Positions 1 through 9,600 of a DNA stretch of 64,000 nt are shown one piece after another. The DNA is from an uncultured virus (IMG/VR IMGVR_UViG_3300025327_000013) (Duplodnaviria; Heunggongvirae; Uroviricota; Caudoviricetes), in IMG/VR virus record IMGVR_UViG_3300025327_000013, one strand, 5' to 3'. A program made the position numbers and the translations under genes. Under the pieces are notes generated by a model that searched no databases, was not told where the DNA came from, and worked only from the letters and a program-made list of their open reading frames with translations. The first letter of the stretch is position 1. Each line of letters opens with the position of its first letter.

Positions 1-16
1 CATCAGGAACGGACTC

Positions 17-220
17 GTGCTCCGTCGGTTCGCGGATTTCATTGTTGCGCTGGCACTCACCAGTAGCTGGATTACCCTAGTACATTTCGACCGGCGATTC
101 GATGTATTGCCAATGATCGATCTCAACACCATCGCACTCGAATGGCAGTGGGTGAGTAGCGCGATCCTTGTTACAACACTTCTACGCCTCGGCCAGGCAC
201 TCCTCCGGACGCCGACATGA
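17..220 (+). CDS. small membrane protein, possibly holin-like
   Basis: 67 aa with two hydrophobic stretches; its stop overlaps the next start (ATGA). Confidence 0.4.
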   Translation: MLRRFADFIVALALTSSWITLVHFDRRFDVLPMIDLNTIALEWQWVSSAILVTTLLRLGQALLRTPT

Positions 221-696
221 GCGAGCCTGCAAGTGGAACTAAGGCACCTTCGACGATCGATTCGGCAATCGCGGAGATCGTCTCTGCTGCCGCTGACCGT
301 GCGGCCGAGCGTGTGCTCTACCAAGCGGCCATTACCCGTGCTGAGGTCGAGCAAGAACTGGTGAGGTTTAATGCCGAGCGTACGAGCATGATCAAAGAAA
401 TTTCACTTCAGGTCGCGGCAGCGGCGGCGAAAGCTGATCTCGCGCTGGTGCAACATCAACTCGAAGAGATGACACGGTTTCAATCCATTGAAGAGAAGAT
501 GGCACTGGTGGCGACGCAGATGACGAATATGGCTGCATCATTTTCTCAGATTGCGGCCGACGTGAAGTCCTTACTGGCCACGCGATCGTATACGCAGGGT
601 GCGTGGAAGATGTTAACCGTGCTTGCCGTCGTTATCTCTGCTGCGGTGGCCATGATAAGCAATTTCCTGCAAAACAGGTGGCCTTGGGGTCACTGA
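217..696 (+). CDS. coiled-coil protein with C-terminal transmembrane helix (holin/XhlA-like architecture)
   Basis: Helical N-terminus followed by hydrophobic WKMLTVLAVVISAAVAMIS; function inferred from architecture only. Confidence 0.5.
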   Translation: MSEPASGTKAPSTIDSAIAEIVSAAADRAAERVLYQAAITRAEVEQELVRFNAERTSMIKEISLQVAAAAAKADLALVQHQLEEMTRFQSIEEKMALVATQMTNMAASFSQIAADVKSLLATRSYTQGAWKMLTVLAVVISAAVAMISNFLQNRWPWGH

Positions 697-705
697 GGTC
701 AATCA

Positions 706-993
706 ATGACTGAGAACGGGACCGTGACGCTGTCAGCCAAAACGAAGGAAGAATTCCGGCGTGCGGTGAACAATTCCGTGCGACACGCGAAGCGGAGTCT
801 GCTCACGTTCCTCGAGTTCCAGAAAGCGCAGCACGCGGAACTGGATCCGCTGTACGGATATCTGATGAAACGTGTGCACAACGACGTCTCGATCATCGAG
901 GACCAGGTGGACGCGGCGTTTGAAATCGTCTGCAACGGCGGCATTATTCCAGCATTTGGCCGTACTGAAGAAGAACAGAAACGGAGCGCTTGA
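706..993 (+). CDS. hypothetical protein
   Basis: GAGG RBS upstream; packed in the operon. Confidence 0.6.
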   Translation: MTENGTVTLSAKTKEEFRRAVNNSVRHAKRSLLTFLEFQKAQHAELDPLYGYLMKRVHNDVSIIEDQVDAAFEIVCNGGIIPAFGRTEEEQKRSA

Positions 994-1754
994 TGCCTCT
1001 TATCGATCTGCTTGCGGAAGACTTGGCTGCCTTGCAACGCATCGTCGCTCATACCATGGCATTCGACGTGACCGTGGTACAGCTTCAACGTATTGCTGCA
1101 GCGCTTGGTGTAAGTGTGCCTGCACCTGCGCCTGCGCCTGCTCCAGGGCCTACGCCAGCGCCTATTCCTGCTCCAGCTCCGGCGCCTGCTCCGGTACCAG
1201 TACCTGTGCCGTTGCCTCCTCCGCCTCCTCCGGCATCTACTCCTGGACCTCCTGGACCGGGGTGTTTCGGAGGTCAATCGAGCGCGTTCGCAGCAATCTA
1301 TGAAGATGTGCAGCTTGGGTCGTTCTACGAAGCAGACATTACCGGCGGCAATGGACCCGATGGATCGAATCCGTCAGGCGAAGGCGTGGATAATCATTTC
1401 TTTTTCGTGGGTCTGTCGAGCCGAGGACACTCTGTGTGGGCACCGCAATCTCTGTACCACGGCGTGCGGCGACCGACGGACGCTGTGATATCTGCAGCCC
1501 TGGCGGCAGTCCATGGTGTGCGCTACGTCGTGATCGGATCCTCTGATCCTCTAGATGAATCATGCGCGATCTATGAAGCTGGAGCGCCAAATTGGCCGTC
1601 TCCAGGATCGAATTACATTCGTGTAGGGACGTCAGGAACGGGCGGTATTCCAGATTTTTCACTTGGAGCAGGTTTACCTATCTATGCTCGCCCAAATGTC
1701 AATCCATCATTACTCCATGCCGTGATTCTCGCCCTAGGCGGGACTGCGACGTGA
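990..1754 (+). CDS. hypothetical protein with Pro/Ala-rich linker, possibly virion-associated
   Basis: PAPAPAP..PPPPP linker between a helical N-terminus and a globular C-terminus. Confidence 0.6.
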   Translation: MMPLIDLLAEDLAALQRIVAHTMAFDVTVVQLQRIAAALGVSVPAPAPAPAPGPTPAPIPAPAPAPAPVPVPVPLPPPPPPASTPGPPGPGCFGGQSSAFAAIYEDVQLGSFYEADITGGNGPDGSNPSGEGVDNHFFFVGLSSRGHSVWAPQSLYHGVRRPTDAVISAALAAVHGVRYVVIGSSDPLDESCAIYEAGAPNWPSPGSNYIRVGTSGTGGIPDFSLGAGLPIYARPNVNPSLLHAVILALGGTAT

Positions 1755-1854
1755 GGATCTAGGAATGCGTGGGATGGCGATAACGATCTGCATAGGAATC
1801 GGCGTACTGTTCCTGTACCTAGCGTGCCATCACAACGGGAGGCTGAACTAAGTC

Positions 1855-2493
1855 ATGGCAGTCGGTACGCTTACCCTCACAGCACAGGGCCGAGCCAAGC
1901 TCGCCCGATTCCTTGTTGCCGTGCGACAGGAAGCGTCCGCAGCGGTCGGCTATGCTGCGGTCGAACTCAAGTCCGCGGTCGCCGATGCTGCGCCGTCACC
2001 GGAAGAAGAGGGTCGCCTCCTATCCGAAGGTGTCGGGGTGTCTGGTGGAGGCCTCGCTGCCTTTGGAACGCCAGAGGGTGGCAGATTTCTCCGTCAGGGT
2101 ACGATGGTATCGTTGCGTGAGGCGATTCAAAGTGATCCGCTGGAATCGAAGGCAGTGACACAGGACCGCTTTGTGGCAGGGTTTGGAAGTCCCACACGTA
2201 TCAATGCGAAGACAGGGTTCTCATGGCAGACGCGCCGGCGCGGGATCCAAGGGCCGACGTTGCCGTTCAATCAGGCCTACGTACAGGCACTGGAAAACGG
2301 CGGCGTGATCTGGAAAGTTGTTCCACGTCCCGGCACACGAATCCTCGAACCAGAACCCGGCCGCTTTGCACGAGAAATGTACAAGACACTTGCCCCGCGT
2401 CGCATGTTCCGCGGCACGCTTTTTCTTCGTCAGACGCGGCTCAAGGCTCGCATGGCAGCGGAGATCCGGCAGGCGGCGAGGTCAATTGCGTGA
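1855..2493 (+). CDS. putative neck/tail completion protein (HK97 gp10-like position)
   Basis: Basic 212 aa protein upstream of tail genes with YVQALENG and PRRMFR motifs typical of this class; GGAGG upstream. Confidence 0.55.
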   Translation: MAVGTLTLTAQGRAKLARFLVAVRQEASAAVGYAAVELKSAVADAAPSPEEEGRLLSEGVGVSGGGLAAFGTPEGGRFLRQGTMVSLREAIQSDPLESKAVTQDRFVAGFGSPTRINAKTGFSWQTRRRGIQGPTLPFNQAYVQALENGGVIWKVVPRPGTRILEPEPGRFAREMYKTLAPRRMFRGTLFLRQTRLKARMAAEIRQAARSIA

Positions 2494-2663
2494 AAACGCT
2501 CAAAGTTAATAGGTCCATGGCTCCGATACCAATCTGGCGGGCTTGCAGTGCCTGCCATCTGGTGTTTTCTGTCGGCGTACCGGAAGGCACGGCACCTCGG
2601 CCAATCGCACATTGTCCAACTTGTGGATCTGAATTACTTGAACTGCTGGAGAAGATGACATAA
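2490..2663 (+). CDS. small zinc-ribbon protein
   Basis: CSAC...CPTC; GTG start overlaps the upstream TGA. Confidence 0.5.
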   Translation: MKTLKVNRSMAPIPIWRACSACHLVFSVGVPEGTAPRPIAHCPTCGSELLELLEKMT

Positions 2664-3205
2664 TGCCGCCTATTGCCCCGACACCATTGATGCGGTCACT
2701 GCCGAACATTATCGCGTCGATGTTCAGGTATTTATCCGATCTGCAGTATACGGTCGGTACCCGCACCGATACGCTCAAAGGATTCTTTCCGGGGCTCATT
2801 ATCTTTCCAGCGTTCCCGGATGACTTGACCGTACTGAAATCTCCCGTGCTCGCGCTGGGCAGTACGGAATATACGTCCCCTGGATTCGATCGATTCGGGT
2901 CCGTGGGATTCGACGCCGTGTATCGGTTGCCGCTGTGGGGATTTGTGTGTGGGCAGGGCGGCGATCAGAAGAACAAGGCCTATCGGGATCGGCTCATGAG
3001 CGATCTGATCGAGATCTTTTCTGGTACGGCGGCCAATGAGGGCATCGATCTTTATGATTCGGAAACGCGGCAAGTTATTTCCACCGTGGAAGTGGTCGGG
3101 TGCATGGCGCGAGAAGTGCCGACGAATGCGCCGACGATCGATGCAGATCGCTTTAGATTTCTTTGTGAGGTGGATGTTTCTATAGACGCTGGGTGGACAT
3201 CATGA
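2663..3205 (+). CDS. putative tail terminator/completion protein
   Basis: 180 aa, immediately before the major tail gene; positional inference. Confidence 0.55.
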   Translation: MPPIAPTPLMRSLPNIIASMFRYLSDLQYTVGTRTDTLKGFFPGLIIFPAFPDDLTVLKSPVLALGSTEYTSPGFDRFGSVGFDAVYRLPLWGFVCGQGGDQKNKAYRDRLMSDLIEIFSGTAANEGIDLYDSETRQVISTVEVVGCMAREVPTNAPTIDADRFRFLCEVDVSIDAGWTS

Positions 3206-4272
3206 CTATGGTCGATATTATCTGGCTCGCAGGTATTATTGAAGGCGAGGGATGTTTTAGTGATGTTTATCCAATTATTCAATTACAGATGACTGATAAA
3301 GATGTTGTCGAACGCGTAGCCAGTTTATTTGATAGACCACTAAGAGCATGGCAATCTAAAACTACAGGTCTTAAGCGTGTATACATTTGTAACGTGTCTG
3401 GGACTGACGCTATTTCTTGGATGATGACGTTGTACTCTGAAATGGGCACGCGTAGAAGGGGACAGATTAAGGAAGCTATAAACAAATGGAAAGCGTCCTC
3501 TCGAATTCCTCGAGGAGCAAATGGACGCAGGCTACCGGCTATCTGTCATCCTGATAGGTTACGTAAGGCTCACGGATTGTGTCCATCTTGTAGTGTAAAG
3601 AACTATAGATCGCGTGGTAACACTATGTCTGGAGATAGAATAAAACCAAGTGACTTACATCTACGCGTGAACGCGAAAATCCAAAATACGCATTCCATTG
3701 ATATCGCGAGAACGCGACCTGACTTAGGGGATATTACACCCATAGCTAAGGATATTTCTTGGCTTGCTGGCGTTCTTGAAGGCGAAGGATCATTCCTTAA
3801 AGCGAACAGGCAGCCTGTAATTTCGTTAGCAATGGCAGACCGTGATGTTATAGAACATGCTGCGCGTTTGTGGAATAGAGCTGCTAATACATGGCACCGC
3901 AAGGGTTCAACCTGTAAAGGTTCAAATTACAAACCCATACATTTCTGTCGTGTTACCGGCGTTGCTGCCATTTCTTGGATGATGACCTTGTATTCTAGTA
4001 TGGGTATTCGTAGGAAACAACGAATCAAAAGTCTTATAGAGGAATGGCGAGCTTCTTCAAATATGCCCAAGAGCTCAAGGGGTTATCGTTTCCCTGCTAT
4101 CTGTCACTCGGATAGAGTACGTCATGGACGTGGTCTTTGTCGTGCGTGTTATTGGAAAATTCACGGCAGTCCCAAAAGAAATACGAGCAAGCGATGCATG
4201 AACGATTCAACGTACAGCAATCTAACAAACACGAACGATGTACGACAAAACGAAGTTGAAGTAACGTCTTAA
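3202..4272 (+). CDS. free-standing LAGLIDADG-type homing endonuclease, tandemly duplicated, each half with a Cys/His finger
   Basis: WLAGIIEGEG and WLAGVLEGEG; both halves share AISWMMTLYS and PAICH..R....GLC..C; visibly AT-richer than neighbours; ATG overlaps the upstream TGA. Confidence 0.8.
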   Translation: MTMVDIIWLAGIIEGEGCFSDVYPIIQLQMTDKDVVERVASLFDRPLRAWQSKTTGLKRVYICNVSGTDAISWMMTLYSEMGTRRRGQIKEAINKWKASSRIPRGANGRRLPAICHPDRLRKAHGLCPSCSVKNYRSRGNTMSGDRIKPSDLHLRVNAKIQNTHSIDIARTRPDLGDITPIAKDISWLAGVLEGEGSFLKANRQPVISLAMADRDVIEHAARLWNRAANTWHRKGSTCKGSNYKPIHFCRVTGVAAISWMMTLYSSMGIRRKQRIKSLIEEWRASSNMPKSSRGYRFPAICHSDRVRHGRGLCRACYWKIHGSPKRNTSKRCMNDSTYSNLTNTNDVRQNEVEVTS

Positions 4273-4307
4273 CTAATACGATGTAACTATGCGAAAAGGG
4301 GAAGAAA

Positions 4308-5341
4308 ATGGCTCAGGAGGCAAAGCGTTACAGGCGCCGCAAGAAGGAAGACGTCAGCCCACGGGCTCAGGCGCACTAAGCGAGTGATCGCTTACGTGAA
4401 TCACGGCGAAGTCGGGGAACGCCCAGCCGGTCACCCGCCGGCGGCCAATCCCGAGCCAAGCGTTGCGAAGAGGGAGAACGCACTCCGCGGTACTCTCGCA
4501 ATGGCGTGTGTAGAGACTGGGTGCCGTGCGCTCCGGTGCGTTATCGGAGATGAAGGGACAGTCCGCGCCTCTGCGGAAGCAGAGGATTACGCGCTTCATC
4601 GATGGGTACTTTGTAGACAATGCCAACGTTGCAACGCCAGATGTGAACAAGACAGACGAAACCTTCCACGTATTCGGCAAGGATTCGCCCGAGTCCGATG
4701 TGCTGAACAACTACGGCACACTGACCCTGGGCCTGCTCGACAAGTACACGTCCAACGCCATCCTCGATCTGATCACGGGTCAGGATCCTGGAGACACGGC
4801 ACCGCATCGCTATCAGGCCGACGACCTTGGCACGGTGCACGTGTGGGCGAATATCAAGGATGCCAAGAATACGCAGTACCTCAAGTCGTGGTTCCTTGGC
4901 GGGTGGGCACCTGGTCTGCCAATGCCGTCAGGCAATCCGGAAGCCAAGGCTGCGGTGTCGATTGTCGGCAACGGACATTTGCCAGAACAGTATCAGGGCT
5001 GCTTCGTCATGATGAAGAAGGTGTCTTCAGGCGCAGCGGTATCCATGGGCGTCACGCCGATCCCGGTGCCCACAGGATCGCTGTCCGGCAATCCGCCGGA
5101 GAAGTACGCGATTTCCGTCAAGGCGATCAACGATACGACTGCATCGCCGGGCGGCAAGTTCGATCAGGAAGAGGTTACAGTGACGGCGGCGATGGTCACC
5201 TCGGCAGGGACCGTGGTATTTTCCGAGATCATGTCGCAAACGACACTGCCGGCCGTGACGCATGCGGCGGTGTACTACCTGTCGAGCGGGACCGGTGTGT
5301 ACCCGACGGCGAGTGCTAAGCCGGATAAGCTGCGGACGTAA
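4308..5341 (+). CDS. major tail (tube) protein, spliced: join(4308..4354,4594..5341), 264 aa
   Basis: AAGGGG RBS before ATG 4308; removing 4355-4593 restores the frame (MAQEAKRYRRRKKEDV/FIDGYFVDN...); lies directly before tail chaperones and tape measure. Confidence 0.75.
4355..4593 (+). ncRNA. group I self-splicing intron without ORF
   Basis: P2 TAAGCGA-GTGA-TCGCTTA; P3 CACGGC 4402/GCCGTG 4523; P4 TCGGG/CCCGA within AATCCCGAGCCAAG; P7 GAGACT 4513/AGTCC 4560; P8 4531-4549; P9 CCTCTGC-GGAA-GCAGAGG; U.G pair at the 5' site; terminal G4593. Exact splice sites are predicted. Confidence 0.85.
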
Positions 5342-5452
5342 ACGGTAAAAGCGTCTTCTGACGCCGGAGCACCTGACAAGGGCGCCGCTTCCTGATTGTG
5401 GGGAGCGGCGCCACAGTAAGACGTATAACGCACTCAAGCAAAGGAGCACGCA

Positions 5453-6349
5453 ATGGCTACCGATAAGGTCCGATCCCTGCCACGCCCGAAGTCTGCCGCC
5501 TCGAAGATCTTCGAACTGTTCAAGGAAACGGAATCCTACACGATTTTGGGTCCGCACGACGAACGCATTCCTATCTTGTTCCGGAGCCTCGATTACGGGC
5601 AGAATGCTGCCCTTGTCAAAGAAATGGACCTGATTCGGGCGGCCATCAAGGACGATTTCGAGGCTGAGGATCTCCGTGCGGGGCTCACCGATCAGGTGGT
5701 TCGGTTGACACGGGAGAAGCTCCTGGACGCGATTCTGAGTCTCGAGCGTCCGCTCGCCACTGAACAGGCGGATCTAGCGCCCGGCGCGGATCCTGAAGCC
5801 ATCGACGCGGCAAAGAAGGAACAGGAAGCCGTGGTCAAATGGGAAGAAGCTAGGAAGACTGAGCTTGAGGGTATGGAGGACAAGGATCTCCGGACCCTGG
5901 TCGTGGATCGGCAGACGCGGTTGCTCGTCAATAGCCGACTGCTTGGGGAATTCATGAATTCTTCTCTCGTGCACATGGTCCTCGATCCGGAGACTCAGGA
6001 CGCCATGTTTTCGGCGGATGCCTTCGAATGCGCGCAGTGCGGGAAGCGATCGCGGGATCTGTCGCCGACAGCGGAGATCTGCTGTGGGCAACCGATGGAA
6101 CCCGTGGCGAACTTCATCGGCCGCCTCGCGCCGCAAATCCGGGAGCAACTGGTCGAATTCCGTCGCCAGTTCACGATGAAGAAAGATGAGAAAGAGATTC
6201 GGAAGGTCGCCGAGTCGAACGCTTTTTTACCCTCTGGCGAGTCAGCCACAAAGTCGGACGATTCCCCTGGGGCAACGATCGAGACCCCGGCGACCTCCCA
6301 GCCTGTGTCGTCAGCTTATATTCCAGGAGAGGGTGGCTCGACAGTGTAG
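5453..6349 (+). CDS. tail assembly chaperone (gpG analogue)
   Basis: Between major tail and tape measure genes; AAGGAG RBS; contains a slippery heptamer. Confidence 0.8.
   Translation: MATDKVRSLPRPKSAASKIFELFKETESYTILGPHDERIPILFRSLDYGQNAALVKEMDLIRAAIKDDFEAEDLRAGLTDQVVRLTREKLLDAILSLERPLATEQADLAPGADPEAIDAAKKEQEAVVKWEEARKTELEGMEDKDLRTLVVDRQTRLLVNSRLLGEFMNSSLVHMVLDPETQDAMFSADAFECAQCGKRSRDLSPTAEICCGQPMEPVANFIGRLAPQIREQLVEFRRQFTMKKDEKEIRKVAESNAFLPSGESATKSDDSPGATIETPATSQPVSSAYIPGEGGSTV
6223..6229 (+). other. programmed -1 frameshift site T TTT TTA
   Basis: In-frame GCT TTT TTA; the -1 frame is open from 6229 to the stop at 6651. Confidence 0.8.
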
Positions 6350-6651
6350 ACGAGGCCGTGGGGCATTATCCCAACGCTCCCACGCCGACGCGGGTAGAGC
6401 GGTGGGTAGGATCGTACTTCACGGAATGGATTGACGAAGCGCAGAGATTGGAGAAGGAGCGCATGAAAAATCCTGAGGTGACCACGCATCCTGGATTCGG
6501 TCGGCAAGGCGAAATAGAAGCAGGCCATTGGGTCCAGTGGTTTGAATTAGTGGATGGCCTCAATGCACGAGATGACGAAGACACTGATGATCGTGATTCT
6601 GAAATCGAGGAAGAGCATATTGTACCTGATGAAGATGAGGACGAGAATTAG
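6229..6651 (+). CDS. -1 frame extension of tail assembly chaperone (gpGT analogue)
   Basis: Open frame TLWRVSHKVGRFPWG... continuous with ORF 6358..6651; ends 2 nt before the tape measure start. Confidence 0.75.
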   Translation, partial: TLWRVSHKVGRFPWGNDRDPGDLPACVVSLYSRRGWLDSVDEAVGHYPNAPTPTRVERWVGSYFTEWIDEAQRLEKERMKNPEVTTHPGFGRQGEIEAGHWVQWFELVDGLNARDDEDTDDRDSEIEEEHIVPDEDEDEN

Positions 6652-6653
6652 CC

Positions 6654-9600
6654 ATGGCTGATCAAGCGACAGATCTCCTCTTAACTATTGGTGCTGATAC
6701 TACAGCGCTGAGACAGCAGATCGCGCTGCTCAGTCAAGAGCTTGGTGTTGCTATTCAGCCGATCAAGCTGAGGGTTGAAGCAACTGGGGTTAAGGAAGTT
6801 GAGCAAGGCCTGACAGGTGCGCAGGTAGCCGCTAGTAAAGTTACTGCTGAACTCAATGATGTTCAAAAGGCCCTTGATCGTAATGCAGCGGCTACTGTAC
6901 GGTGGCAAGCAGAATTTGCCGCCGGAACGCAGAGAGCTGGTCGAATACAATCTGCTGCCATTGCTGAAAATGAAACGTTAACCAGAAAGCTCGGAGTTAC
7001 ACAGATTCAAAGTGGGCTGGAATATGAAGCTCTACTCCGAAAACTTGGCGTTACGCAGATTCGAGCGGCGACAGAATACGAAGCTGCGGTACGGAAATTA
7101 GGCGTTGCACAAGTTCAAGGATATGCAGAGAATGCCCGCCTTGAACAGCAACAACAATTGCAGCGTATTCGTAATATCGAAGCACTTAAAGTACAACTTG
7201 CCCAGCTTCAGAAACTGCAAGCAAGTATTAATCTCCCCGCTGGATTTACTTCGCAGATTACGACATTGCAGGGCGCTCAAGCAACGCTACAAGCAGGCGG
7301 TATTATTGATCCCGTTGTACTCGCTCGACTCAAGACCCAAACGAGCGAATTTCGCCGCGAGATTGAAACACTGAATCCAAAGATTGCGCAAGCCGACTCC
7401 TTCCTCAGTACATTTTTCGGTCGCTTCGGTCGCTATATTCAGATCGCCGGGCAGTTGACTCTTGTCTACGGCGCCTTCCGGGCCGTCACGTCAGAGATTA
7501 CCGAATTCATCGCAGTTGACAAGATCCTGCACCAGATTGCTGCAACGATGGATCAGAGTGCGAATCGCGCTGAAGTATTGCGTCAGTCGTGGGCGCTCAT
7601 GGTGCAGGCAAATCAGGCCTTTGGTACGAGTTTTTCAGAAGCTGGCAAAGTGGTGTTTGAACTGCAGAAAGCGCTCAATAACAGCGCTGAACAGATTCAA
7701 GGTGCGTTTATTCCTGCTCTGGCATTAGCTTCACTCGGGGAAGGCAATCAGACAGAGATTATCCGGGCACTCATTGGACTCTATAAGATCTTTGGCGACA
7801 CATTAGGTAATACGACACCGCAGGAAAAGTATCTCGCCATTTCTGATAAATTGATCGCCGCAGCGGCGTCGTCTATCCAAGACATTGACGGATTCAGAAC
7901 TGCACTCCAAAACGTCGCACCAGTTGCAGCGGTAGCGAATATCAGCCTCAACGAAACTCTTGCCGGCTTAATTCTTTTGACGAACGGACTGCAATCAGCC
8001 AGCCGTGCTGGTACTGGTTTCCGGGCACTGATTGTCGATCTTCAGACACGCGGGCCGCAAATCGCCCAAGCACTAAAGATTCCATTTGATATTGATGCGC
8101 CATTAGATGCCATGAAATTGTTGGACCGGGTTATTGCGAAACTGAAAGAAACGGGTGCGACATCACTTCAGACACAACTCGCTATCAACGCAGCATTCCC
8201 GGATAAGCGTGCTGCCCTTGCATTGGAAGCGTTTGTTAAGACATGGGGAGACTACGGCAATGCTCTCAACGACGTCACAAATTCTGCTGGTAAAACTGGC
8301 GTTGTAGTCAAGGAATTATCTGAAACTGTCAGTGCGGCATTTGGACGCTTATCGGGAGCGTTATTCAAGGGATTTGCTGACAGTCTCGACGTATTGTTCA
8401 ACGTTAAACCAGGCGATACTGCTGGGCTTGTTCAGGCTATTGATGCTGTCACGGGTGCTATTAAGTTGCTTTCCGGTGATGCTGTAACAGCCATCACAAT
8501 CCTGAAACAGTTGTTGGAACTTGTTCCACGCATACCGAAATTACCGGGAGAAGGGCCTGGACGAACTGGCGCTGAAACAATACGACGCTTTGTCGGACAG
8601 GTTATCCCAGGGTTAGGTCTTGCGCAAGGATTAGCAGACATTAAGGCAGCGAATGACGCCCAGGTTATTGCAAATCAACTTGCAAGCGAGCAGCAATATC
8701 TGTTAGCTGCAGGAGTTGGGGATTCCCTTAAGAGCAATGCAATCCTTGCACAACGCACTGAGCTCACAGCAGAACTGAACAAACGCCTCGCGGAACTCCA
8801 TAGTATCGCCCAGGCGAATCTCGCAGTCAGCGATCAGACATTGTCGTTCGACGCGCGGCTGGCTGCGGCCGAATTTCTTATTACGAAACGTCGGCAGGAA
8901 CGGATCCAAGCTGAAAACGATTTTCGGCAATTAGATTTGCCCAAGGCTGAACAAGGCTCGATCGACACCGCTGGTGCAAAAGTTATTGCAACGCTCGAGG
9001 CGGAAAATCGAGCGATCAAGCAACGGTTGGAACTCAAGAAACAGGTCAATGATGCAGATATTGCTTTCTCTCAGCAACAGGCAAAGTCGGCAGAGGATGC
9101 CAGAAAAGCGCTTGAGGCCTTCGATAATCTGCTTGCATCACAGCAAGGCAAGCTCAAGGATCTGACGGCCAGCGAAAAGTTTGCGGCTGACGATATGGCG
9201 AAGTTGTTGAGCACGTTAAATGATTTGCAGTTCAAGGCCATCTCACCGGAGGAATTCGCAGCCCGTAATGCTGCCGTGACAGCATTTGGAATTGCCTTGC
9301 AAAGAAATCTCATTGAACCGCTCCTGCAAATTACGCGCTCTGATCAGGAAAATGCGCTTGAGAATTTGTTCGCCGCTATGCTAAAAGCTGGCCGAGAAGC
9401 CGATAATCTCCGGTCAAAACTCGGCCCAGGCGCGACCAGCGGTATCACTGGAGGTGTGCTACCAACAGGTATTGCCGTCCAGACACGATTGACTGAGCGT
9501 GATCTTGGTCTGGATAAGATGCGCGATGCCCTCAATCAACTCGGCGCGCAATCGTCAAACATTTTCGAGCAGATGATCCTTGATACAGCAGCCGCTGGAA

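Noticed and set aside
4322..4336. Alternative 5' splice site after AAGCGT (4328) paired with G4591
   Set aside because: Also in frame, but this P1 would be far from P2 and P9.0 weaker; kept only as a fallback
4526..4593. ORF-track start of the major tail protein at GTG 4526, and ORF 4384..5319
   Set aside because: Both begin inside the intron core without an RBS; 4384..5319 is an Arg-rich shadow frame
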